DNA of 64,000 nt from an uncultured Planctomycetaceae bacterium (GTDB lineage: Bacteria > Planctomycetota > Planctomycetia > Isosphaerales > Isosphaeraceae): the NCBI GenBank assembly GCA_963833985.1, contig CAWIAD010000001.1:736001-800000 (forward strand). The letters are read 5' to 3'. The notes beneath the pieces are model-generated. The model was not told the origin of the DNA. It worked only from the letters and a program-made list of their open reading frames with translations, and made no database searches. How positions within the stretch are numbered: position 1 is the stretch's first letter; every line of letters starts with the position of its first letter. Shown here piece by piece: positions 33,539 to 42,368 of the stretch. Made by a program: the position numbers and the translations under genes.

Positions 33539-34056
33539 CATTGAGGATCATCTTCGAACCAAACAGATTGCCCGGTCTGCCCTGTGTTTCCTGCCAGGCC
33601 TCTGCTCGCACGCTGTGCTCAGCTTATCAGCCCTTCGGCCGATTCCGATGTCCAGGCATGCCGAAGCTCGTGCCGCGCTGGACCGGCTGCTCAACGTGAT
33701 GCGCCGGATTATGGTCCGTTTGCCGGCATATGTCGCCGAGGATCGCGCATTCCTGGCCGAGGCCGAGGCGGTGGTATTGTACGATCCCATCTTCCCCGCC
33801 AACCCGTTCGCACCGTGACTGCCAGGTCTGGTGGGCCGAGCGCACGGAACAATCCGGGAGACACCGGGAGCGCTCATGCTCTATAATGCAAACGAGCTTG
33901 CCGGCCGGGGCGAGCGGTTGACACGGTCACCCGGGCTTGTTTGCGCCGACTTCGAATACGCCCGCGGCATGCTGGCCGCCCGCGCCAGGTGATCGATGGT
34001 TCTCGACCAGTGCGGGGGAGGACCGCATCTGATCGCATTTCCGGAGAGCTTTCCGG

Positions 34057-34560
34057 TTGGCGACCTCCAGGTTCCAGGGGCGCTGGGTTCCTCGCAGCGG
34101 TGGCGCCTTCTCAATCGAAGAGGCTCTGGAATTCGTGAGGTCGCGGGGCGTCAAGATCCCCAGGTACATTGCCTGGTACGTGGCCGAACACGAGGGCCTG
34201 ACCCTGGAGGAGTGCGGCTTGGCCAGCGCGGACGCGATGTATTATCGGAGCGATCAGACCGGCGCCACCGCGGACTTTCTGATCCGGTGGGACGACCTGA
34301 CGATTCGAGGGAGGGTGCCCGTATGGATCAGAGAGGAAGTCTTGCGGAGTGAAGATCATAGCCTTTATGTATGCTCACACGAAGTTTTTGAGATCAGGCA
34401 ATTGAAGAGAGCGATCGCTCATGCCGGCGGCAGCATATCCCTCCGGCGGCTCTGCTCCTTGATCGACCCGGCGTACAATGGTGCGATTCATCATGACGCC
34501 GTCAGGTACAGCGACCGCCTTGTCGAAAAATTCAGGCGGGAGAGGGAAGGGAGTTCATGA
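34057..34560 (+). CDS. Hypothetical protein with HExxE-like motif (possible orphan toxin domain)
   Basis: 167-aa ORF, CSHEVFEIRQL, visibly more AT-rich than flanks. Confidence 0.55.
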   Translation: MATSRFQGRWVPRSGGAFSIEEALEFVRSRGVKIPRYIAWYVAEHEGLTLEECGLASADAMYYRSDQTGATADFLIRWDDLTIRGRVPVWIREEVLRSEDHSLYVCSHEVFEIRQLKRAIAHAGGSISLRRLCSLIDPAYNGAIHHDAVRYSDRLVEKFRREREGSS

Positions 34561-35003
34561 CGATCACGAAAATGACGGAGTTATACCGCAAAGGGGCCTA
34601 TTCCCCGATCAATTACTTCCTTGGACTTCTCGAGCTCATCAAGGAAGGCGCAGACCTGGACCAAACCTTGGGGGCCGTTCCCGAGCCGCTTCTCGGCAGG
34701 ATGATCGGTATGGCAAGAAGGCACAGAGACTCCGCTATCGAGGAACCAGATTCCGAGGAACGGGCGCTCGCCGGGCGGATCATCGAATGGGATAGGAGGC
34801 GATCGATTCCGGTGGGTTCGCTCCCGGGAGCCACGCCGCTCGACGCACAGGGGGCCGACCCGGACCGTCTTCGAGGGTCGGGGACCGGGCCTATCGCTTC
34901 CGGAAGAGCGAAGCGCGATGGAACCAGGTCAGAGAGACAATCGACTATGCGTCAGACAGGCGGGCAGAAGCCTCGCCGGAACGGAAAGACCGGGCCGATC
35001 TGA
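34557..35003 (+). CDS. Hypothetical protein translationally coupled to upstream gene (possible immunity partner)
   Basis: ATGA overlap at 34557-34560; helical N-terminal ~80 aa. Confidence 0.55.
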   Translation: MTITKMTELYRKGAYSPINYFLGLLELIKEGADLDQTLGAVPEPLLGRMIGMARRHRDSAIEEPDSEERALAGRIIEWDRRRSIPVGSLPGATPLDAQGADPDRLRGSGTGPIASGRAKRDGTRSERQSTMRQTGGQKPRRNGKTGPI

Positions 35004-35123
35004 TCTCACGTCACGAGCGCCTTTGTTCTAGAATTCATTCCATCTCGCTCTCCTGGGCGAGCGATCGACGCTGATTACGTTTTTTCCGGATGGGCCTCGG
35101 GAATCTGTTGGGGACGGCATCTG

Positions 35124-36089
35124 ATGCGCGTGCTGATCACGGGCGGGGCAGGGTTCATCGGGTCGCACCTGGCCGAAGCGTATCTCCAGCGGGGCGATGA
35201 AGTCTACGTGCTGGATGACCTGTCGACGGGCAGCATCGACAACATCCGCCATCTCCGCGGCAACGGCAAGTTTCACTACACAATCGAGAGCGTGCACCAT
35301 GCCCCCACGGTCGCCGAACTGGTCGACCAGTGCGACGCGGTCTTCCACCTGGCGGCCGCGGTGGGCGTACGGCTCATCGTCGAGAGCCCGGTGCGGACCA
35401 TCGAGACCAACGTGCACGGCACCGAGGTCGTTCTCGCGGCCGCCAACAAGAAGAAGAAAAAGGTGCTGATCGCGTCCACGTCCGAGGTGTACGGGCTCTC
35501 CACCGATGTGCCATTTCGCGAGGACGGCTGCTTGGTGCTTGGGCCCACCAGCAAGGGCAGGTGGAGCTATGCCTGCTCGAAGGCGATCGACGAATTCCTG
35601 GCCCTGGCGTACTGGCGAGAACGCAAGCTGCCCACCGTGATCGTGCGTCTGTTCAACACCGTCGGCCCGCGGCAGACCGGGCAATACGGCATGGTGGTGC
35701 CCACCTTCATCAAGCAGGCGCTCACGGGACGGCCCATCACCGTGTACGGCGACGGCACCCAGTCGCGCTGCTTCACCGACGTGAGCGACGTCGTCACCGC
35801 CCTGGTCGCGCTCATGGACCACCCCTCGGCCGTGGGGGACGTCTTCAATATCGGGTCGAGCGAGGAAATCTCTATCGAGGCGCTCGCGGCGCGCGTGAAG
35901 ACACTGACCGGATCGAGCTCGGAGATCGTGCGCGTCCCCTACGCGCAAGCCTATGGAGAGGGCTTCGAGGACATGCCCCGGCGCGTGCCGGACATCGGCA
36001 AGATCCACCGCCTGATTGCCTACCAGCCGCGCAAGTCCCTGGATGCGATCTTGCAGGGCGTGATCGAATACTTCCGCGACGCCCCGTAG
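35124..36089 (+). CDS. NAD-dependent nucleotide-sugar epimerase/dehydratase
   Basis: GGAGFIGSHL, HLAAAVGV, ASTSEVYG, YACSK, RLFNTVGPRQ. Confidence 0.95.
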   Translation: MRVLITGGAGFIGSHLAEAYLQRGDEVYVLDDLSTGSIDNIRHLRGNGKFHYTIESVHHAPTVAELVDQCDAVFHLAAAVGVRLIVESPVRTIETNVHGTEVVLAAANKKKKKVLIASTSEVYGLSTDVPFREDGCLVLGPTSKGRWSYACSKAIDEFLALAYWRERKLPTVIVRLFNTVGPRQTGQYGMVVPTFIKQALTGRPITVYGDGTQSRCFTDVSDVVTALVALMDHPSAVGDVFNIGSSEEISIEALAARVKTLTGSSSEIVRVPYAQAYGEGFEDMPRRVPDIGKIHRLIAYQPRKSLDAILQGVIEYFRDAP

Positions 36090-36156
36090 CCACGGCCTTT
36101 CGCCCGGAGCCTGAAACTGAGCCTGAGCCAGGATTGGCGTGCTGGGCCCGCAATGG

Positions 36157-37752
36157 TCATGCGGTGAACCAGCGCTCGAGGTAAGCGGCCAGTCGCGAGG
36201 GCGAGGTCCGTTCTCCTGCCACGAAGCCGAGGTAGCCGTCGGGCCTGACCAGGAACACCCCCGCCGCTGTACCGAAAGCGGATGCAAACGGCTCCCGCGC
36301 GGGGCCGTCGCCGGGTGACCTCAGCTCGACCACGCGGACCAGGTGGCTCCATTTGTCAATCGCTTCGGTGAACTCGGACGCCTGGTCTTTTGAATCGTCG
36401 GTCCGCACCACGAAAAGCGTCAAGGTTGAGGGATCGACCAGGCTTGCCAGCCGCACGTCTCGCCAGCCGGATCCCCCGGCGCCCTCGGCTTGCACCATCA
36501 GCTCCGGGACGCGATCGCCGGCGTGCAGGTGGCCGCCGTGCGCGTGGTGTTGTTCGGAGAGTGGTCCGTGGCGATAATTGATCGCGATCTGGCTCATCCG
36601 CGCCGGGGCGTTCTCACGTACCAGGGATGTGCCGCCAATCCAGGGACCGAGATGAGCCAAGAGCGCATGGACGATGGGATTGTCGCTGCCCATCAGGTCC
36701 GTCAGCCCCTCGGTCTTGCTCAGGACGTCGCGCATCACGGGCAGGCGTTCCTGCTCGTAGGTATCGAGCAGGGCGAGAGGTGCCTGGCCGCGGATCACCA
36801 GGGCCAGCTTCCAGGCCAGGTTGATCATGTCCTGGATGCCCGTGTTCATCCCCTGTCCGCCGGCCGGACTGTGGATGTGCGCCGCGTCGCCGCCCAGCAG
36901 CAGCCGCCCCACCCGGAGATGGGGAACCATCCGGCTGTTGATATGAAACCAGGAGCTCCAGGTGAGGTCGCGAAACCGCGCGGGGATGCTCGATCGCTGA
37001 TCGTAGACCGCCTGCACCTCCTCGAAACCTGGCTCTGTTCCGGCGGCCGGCGCGCCTGGAGGGTTGCTGGCGATGACGCGGAACCGCTCGCCTCCCAGGG
37101 GGAAGACCGCCAGGATGCCGTCCCGGGAAGAGACGATCTGGATCTGATCGCGCGCGAGATCGCCCTCGCAGCTCACGTCGGCCAGGAGATACCGGTTGTC
37201 GAGTGTCTTGCCCTCGAACGGCAGGTCGAGCGTGGCCCGGACCGTGCTATGCGCCCCCTCCGCCGAGATCAGCCACGAGGCCTCCATGAGCTCGAGCCCG
37301 CCGCCTTCATGCCGCAATGCCGCCCTGACGGGGGGAGCACCGTGCGACAGCGTATCCTGGGCCAGGCCGACAAGCTCGACCCCGCGCTCGATGGCCATCC
37401 CCTGCCGCTCGACCGCCTCGCCAAGCACACGCTCGGTCTCGGACTGGGGGACGAGCAGGAGGAAGTTGTAGTGGCTGGCGATCTGGCTGAAGTCCAGATG
37501 CAGGATGGGGCGGCCATCCGCGAAGATCGAGCCGCCCGAAGCTCGATTTCCCCTCCGCACCAGCTCGTCCGCTAGCCCCCGCTGTTCCAGCAGCTCGAGC
37601 GTTCGCGCCTGCACGCCGATCGCCCGGGAAGTCTGCGGCGGACTGGCTTGTCGCTCGATGATCCGCGCGGCGACGCCGAGCCGGGAAAGTTCCAGCGCCG
37701 CGGTGAGCCCGGTGGGTCCGGCACCAACGATGAGCACGGGAGCCGTCATCAT
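36157..37752 (-). CDS. FAD-dependent aromatic monooxygenase (PheA/TfdB family)
   Basis: IVGAGPTGL, GDAAHIHSPAGGQGMNTGIQD, LVRPDGY. Confidence 0.93.
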   Translation of the reverse strand: MMTAPVLIVGAGPTGLTAALELSRLGVAARIIERQASPPQTSRAIGVQARTLELLEQRGLADELVRRGNRASGGSIFADGRPILHLDFSQIASHYNFLLLVPQSETERVLGEAVERQGMAIERGVELVGLAQDTLSHGAPPVRAALRHEGGGLELMEASWLISAEGAHSTVRATLDLPFEGKTLDNRYLLADVSCEGDLARDQIQIVSSRDGILAVFPLGGERFRVIASNPPGAPAAGTEPGFEEVQAVYDQRSSIPARFRDLTWSSWFHINSRMVPHLRVGRLLLGGDAAHIHSPAGGQGMNTGIQDMINLAWKLALVIRGQAPLALLDTYEQERLPVMRDVLSKTEGLTDLMGSDNPIVHALLAHLGPWIGGTSLVRENAPARMSQIAINYRHGPLSEQHHAHGGHLHAGDRVPELMVQAEGAGGSGWRDVRLASLVDPSTLTLFVVRTDDSKDQASEFTEAIDKWSHLVRVVELRSPGDGPAREPFASAFGTAAGVFLVRPDGYLGFVAGERTSPSRLAAYLERWFTA

Positions 37753-39204
37753 GGAAAACTCCGCGAAAGGTCTTACGATCCTCGTCTCGCGATCCCTTGA
37801 TAATGGATTCTTTGCGTCATGAATCCACACAGCCCGCCGTGCTTCAAGGTCGTCGTTCCCTATCGTCAGGCCGGAGTTCGCGTGCTAAGCAGGTTCGCAA
37901 TGGTTCTTTGACAGGCATTCAGTGGGTTGATGCGATCCTGGATGACCGGGAGGCCGCTCTTTGTGGGACACGACTCCCGTGCGCCGTGGAAAGGTGTTGG
38001 TCTTCAGTGGGTGTAACTCCCACCCGGCAACTGGGTCGCTCCAGCCGGTAGCTATCGGAGCGGCGGTGGAGGAGACGAAACCGTCGGAGCCTTCGAGACA
38101 GATGTGTCGCTTGGCGATGCAGCGAACCGACAGGCCGTAACGCGAGTGAACGTTGAGCAGGCCTCGAAAAGTCCAATGTGGTCGCCGACCTTGCTGGAAT
38201 ATGGGGAAGGCCGCCGTCGCTGGGGATGAAAGGGAAACGGTTGGAATAGGCCGCCCCACGAGCGATCAGAACCCAGCGGGCCACCGGGGTATTGACGACG
38301 GCATGTCGGCACACGGAGATCAACACAACACGGGAAACCCCAAGCGGTGAGGGCGCGTGACCCTCAACCGGACGCCCGCGAGGGACCGGCCGGGCTGCCT
38401 GGGGTGGCGGAGAGGCCCGTAGTACCGTCGACGCCGGGTAACTCCGGTCGAGGGAAGGGGCCTTGGTTCAAGGTCAACGCAACAAGCGGCAGACAGCCGG
38501 GAGATTGGCGTGAGTCTATCACCTCCACTGAAGGTCGGGAAGTTGCAGACGGCGTTGCACACCAAAGCGAAGAACGCGCCCAACTATCGGTTCTACGTCC
38601 TGTACGACAAGATTTATCGACGTGACGTTCTGGGATTCGCCTACGAACGCTGCCGTGCCAACGGCGGCGCGCCGGGGATCGACGGCCAGAGTTTCGCCGA
38701 CATCGAGGCGTCCGGGAAGGAACGATGGCTGGACGAACTGGCGGAACAACTTCGTAAGGAGACGTATCAACCCCAGGCGGTGCGGCGCGTGTACATCCCC
38801 AAAGGGGACGGCAAGCAAAGGCCGCTGGGCATTCCTTGCATCAAGGATCGTGTGGTGCAGATGGCTGCGGTGCTGGTCTTGGAGCCGATCTTCGAGGCCG
38901 ACCTGGAGCCGGAACAACACGCCTACCGCCCGGAGCGCAGCGCCCTGGACGCCGTCCGCGAAGTCGAACGGCTGCTCAAGACGGGGCACACCGAGGTGGT
39001 GGACGCGGACTTATCTGGATATTTCGATAGCATACCCCATTCCGAGTTAATGAAATCGGCGTCACGGCGCATCAGCGACGGTCGCGTCCTGCGGCTGATC
39101 AAGATGTGGCTGGAAACACCGGTGGAAGAAACCGACGGGAAGGGGCAGCGCCATCGAACGACCCGGAATAAAGACCAGGGGATGGGTACACCGCAAGGTG
39201 CACC

Positions 39205-41223
39205 GATCACGCCCCCAACAATGTTGCAAAATCGTCCCTGATTCCTGACTCTGTCATTTCCAGATCGCGGCTTCGACCGAAGTACGGGCACGGATGGCAG
39301 CCCCGACTCGATCCCGATCCAAGGCAGGCTGGCGGCCGCGCTCTCGGAGAGGAGGAGTCGACATGATCACGTCCCCACGGAGGCCCACGTTCAGTCCTCC
39401 TGTCACCCGCCACTTCGAGTTCACTCGGCTTCAGGAGCAATTGATCGCGCGTGCATATCAGGTCTTGATCCCGGTCGTTTCGCAGCGCCTGGATCGGCCG
39501 CGACCCAGCCGCAACCACGCGACTGTGGTCCACACTATCCAGTCCAAGGTCGGGGGGGTTTGACAAACCATGATCACGGACAATCTCCGCGTGGCGCTCT
39601 ACGCCCGGGTTTCGGGGGAGCAGCAGGAGAAGGAGGACACGATCGCCAGCCAGCTCGAGGCGGTCACTCAGCGGATCGCCACTGATGGCTTGGAATGCGA
39701 GCCCGAACTGCACTTCGTGGACGACGGCGTCAGCGGTTACATCCTGGCCCGACCGGCACTCGAGCGACTTCGGGACCAAGCCGCCGCTGGAGCCATCGAC
39801 CGCCTCTATATGCTCGATCCGGATCGACTTTCACGCAAGTATGCCTATCAGGTCTTGATCCTTGAGGAACTTATCCGGTGCGGTGTCGAGGTCGTCTTCT
39901 TGCGCAACCCCGTCGGCCGCAGTCCGGAAGCCGACCTGCTGCTTCAGGTCCAGGGAATGATCGCGGAATACGAGCGCGCCAAGATCATGGAGCGTTGCCG
40001 CAGGGGCAAGCAACACGCCGCCCGCCGCGGTTCGGTCAACGTCCTCAGCGGCGCGCCGTACGGCTACCGTTACATCGGCAAGCACGAGGGAGGTGGCGAG
40101 GCGCGTTATCAGGTCCTCGCTGAAGAGTCCCGGGTCGTGCGGAAGATCTTCGAATGGGTGGGTCAGGAACGGTGCTCGATCGGCGAGGTGTGCCGACGCC
40201 TCCGGCGCGACAGTATCCCGACGCGGACCGGGAAATCGGCCTGGGATCGCGCGACGGTCTGGTTGATCCTCAAGAACCCTGCCTACAAGGGGACCGCGGC
40301 CTTCGGCAAGACGCGCTCAGGTGAGTTCAAACCTCAACGCCTCCGCCCGCAGCGAGGCCGCCCCGAACACTCCCGGCGACCGGTCTCACGGGTTGATACA
40401 TCCTCGGAAGATCAAATCTTCATTGAAGTCCCCGGGCTGGTGAGCGAAGACCTCTTCCTGGCTGTCCAGGCCCAGCTTGAAGAGAACCGGCAACGCCGTC
40501 GCGACCGGCCCGGCGGTGGCCGATATCTGCTCCAGGGCCTGGTCGTCTGCAAGCGCTGCGGCTACGGCTGCTACGGCAAGCCGACGAGCCGAGCCGCGTT
40601 CGAGGGCAAGGGTAGGGTCCGCTACGCGTACTACCGTTGCACGGGCTCTGACGCCTATCGTTTCGGCGGGCAGCGCCTCTGCTGGAACAAGCAGATCCGC
40701 ACCGATATCCTTGACGCTGCCGTCTGGGAGGACTTACGAGGTCTCCTGTCCGAGCCGGAGCGGGTCCGGGAGGAGTACGAGCGGCGGCTGCAGGGTGCCC
40801 AGGGCGGGCCGAATCAGGAGGTGGAGCATCTCGGCAAATTGATAAATAATGTGAAAAAGATGATTTCTCGATTAATCGATGCTTACGGCGACGGGTTGCT
40901 CGACAAATCGGAGTTCGAGCCCCGGATCTCGGCGGCAAGGACGCGCCTCTCGAGATTGGCGGAGGAGCATCGACAACGAATCGGCGAGGCCGCCCAAGAG
41001 GCGGAATTGCGACTGGTGATCGGTCAGTTGGAGGAGTTCGCACGTCGCGTCTCGCAAGGGTTGCAAGAGCCGGACTGGGCCACGCGACGGGAGGTGGTTC
41101 GGGCCTTGGTGAAGAAGGTCGAGATCGACGAGCAGGAGGTCCGCATCGTGTATCGGGTCAGTCCGTCCCCTTTTGAGAAAGGCCCCCAACAACGTAGTTC
41201 GCAACATTGTTGGGGGCGTGATC
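39205..41223 (+). mobile_element. Large-serine-recombinase mini-element integrated in the intron RT gene
   Basis: Perfect 23-bp inverted ends GATCACGCCCCCAACAATGTTGC (39205-39227)/GCAACATTGTTGGGGGCGTGATC (41201-41223); GATC at both junctions; removal of 39209-41223 restores the RT frame. Confidence 0.92.
39363..39563 (+). CDS. 66-aa basic protein upstream of the recombinase (candidate directionality factor or regulator)
   Basis: RBS GAGGAGGAG before ATG 39363; RHFEFTRLQEQLIARAYQVLIP; stop 6 bp before the recombinase start. Confidence 0.7.
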   Translation: MITSPRRPTFSPPVTRHFEFTRLQEQLIARAYQVLIPVVSQRLDRPRPSRNHATVVHTIQSKVGGV

Positions 41224-41444
41224 TCACCATTGTTGTCCAACATCTACATGCGACGATTTGTGAAGGGATGGAAGACTGGTGGACACGAGCGGCGTCTGGT
41301 CGCGCGAATCGTCAACTATGCGGACGACTTCGTCATCTGCTGTCGCGGCACGGCCGAAGAGGCCATGACGGTGATGCGGAAGATGATGTCCAGGCTGAAG
41401 TTAACGGTGAACGAGACCAAGACGCGGCTGTGCCACCTGCCTGA
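39570..41444 (+). CDS. Large serine recombinase (resolvase + recombinase + Zn-ribbon + coiled coil); reads through the right junction
   Basis: ALYARVS catalytic Ser, DDGVSG, RPALERL, DRLSRK, APYGY, YLLQGLVVCKRCG...YYRC. Confidence 0.96.
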   Translation: MITDNLRVALYARVSGEQQEKEDTIASQLEAVTQRIATDGLECEPELHFVDDGVSGYILARPALERLRDQAAAGAIDRLYMLDPDRLSRKYAYQVLILEELIRCGVEVVFLRNPVGRSPEADLLLQVQGMIAEYERAKIMERCRRGKQHAARRGSVNVLSGAPYGYRYIGKHEGGGEARYQVLAEESRVVRKIFEWVGQERCSIGEVCRRLRRDSIPTRTGKSAWDRATVWLILKNPAYKGTAAFGKTRSGEFKPQRLRPQRGRPEHSRRPVSRVDTSSEDQIFIEVPGLVSEDLFLAVQAQLEENRQRRRDRPGGGRYLLQGLVVCKRCGYGCYGKPTSRAAFEGKGRVRYAYYRCTGSDAYRFGGQRLCWNKQIRTDILDAAVWEDLRGLLSEPERVREEYERRLQGAQGGPNQEVEHLGKLINNVKKMISRLIDAYGDGLLDKSEFEPRISAARTRLSRLAEEHRQRIGEAAQEAELRLVIGQLEEFARRVSQGLQEPDWATRREVVRALVKKVEIDEQEVRIVYRVSPSPFEKGPQQRSSQHCWGRDLTIVVQHLHATICEGMEDWWTRAASGRANRQLCGRLRHLLSRHGRRGHDGDAEDDVQAEVNGERDQDAAVPPA

Positions 41445-42017
41445 GGAGACGTTCGACTTTCTGGGTTATACCCTCGGCCGGAACTACGACCGACGAACGG
41501 GCCGATCCTACATAGGGTCACGCCCATCGCGGAAGAAGATCATTCGGCTGTGCAGCGAGATCAGTGCGATGACGACGCGCCAGACCACTGGACAGGACGT
41601 CGAGATGCAGATTGGTCGGATCAATCGCAAGTTCCGCGGTTGGTCCAACTATTTTCGCATCGGAACGGTGAGCCCAGCCTATCGCCAAGTCAACCACCAC
41701 GTCCGCTACCGGGTACGTCAGTGGTTGTGTGCGAAGTTCAAGGTGCCGGGTCAGGGGCTCAGACGCTACCCTGACAGATACCTGCACCAGGAGTTGCATC
41801 TTTACCAGCTGCAACGAACCTAGCCGCGATGGTTTCGTGAGCGAACGTGTGAACTCAACCGATGAGACAAGCCTTGTCCGAAAGCTGGATGCGGGAACAC
41901 CGCCCGTCCAGTTTGATGAGCGGGGTGTGGAAACGAGGCCCAGCCGAGCCATCGACTCGAGCCCACCGCGCCACACCTCGACTCTACATCTTGTCACTTC
42001 TTCGATCTGATGGAACC

Positions 42018-42085
42018 TGGAATGGCACGATGAGAATCGTACCCCACGAGAATGGAATGGCACGATTGGAATCGTACCCCACGAG
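42018..42085 (-). repeat. Two tandem GTGG-type REP copies
   Basis: TGGAATGGCACGAT(GA/TG)GAATCGTACCCCACGAG at 42018-42050 and 42053-42085; each has a GGCACGAT/ATCGTACC hairpin. Confidence 0.85.
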
Positions 42086-42368
42086 GAGAGCGGCCAGGCT
42101 TGGCTCTCAGCCCCGGGCAAGCGAACGGCCATCCTGTCCAAAGACTTCTGTGGATTTGCTGAGGCTTGCAAATCGCACGCCCGTCGCTGCGCAGCCCGAA
42201 GCGAGAAGCCTTGCAGGAGATTGGCGGGTTGCGCGGCGTTGACCCACCCTACGAATTTAGATCATATCTCAAGCAAATCAATGCATTATCCAGGACCTTT
42301 CGCAACCGTGCGGAAGCGGTCAAAATCATCGATGAAGATTTGTAGGGTGGGTCAGCGCAGCGCAACCC

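Larger units (their letters stand above)
38510..41823 (+). pseudogene. ltrA: Group II intron reverse transcriptase/maturase split into 38510-39208 and 41224-41823 (432 aa when rejoined)
   Basis: GAPGIDG, RRVYIPK.DGKQRPLGIP, VDADLSGYFDSIPH, GTPQGAPI | SPLLSNIY, YADDFVI, FDFLGY, GWSNYF. Confidence 0.95.
37979..41987 (+). mobile_element. Group II intron (complete ribozyme ends; RT lacks an endonuclease domain and is interrupted)
   Basis: 5' GTGCG at 37979; domain V AAGCTGGATGCGGGAACACCGCCCGTCCAGTTTGATGAGCGGG (~41882-41924); domain VI with bulged A ending CTCTAC at 41987. Confidence 0.92.
37963..41997 (+). repeat. GTGG-type REP hairpin split by the group II intron (halves 37963-37978 and 41988-41997)
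   Basis: Joined exons GTGGGACACGACTCCC|ATCTTGTCAC align with the nearby REP copy GTGGGGTACGATTCCA|ATCGTGCCAT. Confidence 0.7.

Noticed and set aside
33648..33818. 56-aa ORF MSRHAEARAALDRLL...
   Set aside because: Plausible small protein but no motif or clear RBS; insufficient support.
38510..41823. RT as a retron, DGR or defence RT paired with a recombinase
   Set aside because: GTGCG start, domain V/VI and the maturase region identify a group II intron; no TR/VR pair or msr-msd seen.
42018..42085. 33-bp direct repeats as a CRISPR array
   Set aside because: Only two copies 2 bp apart, no spacers and no cas genes; they fit REP hairpins.
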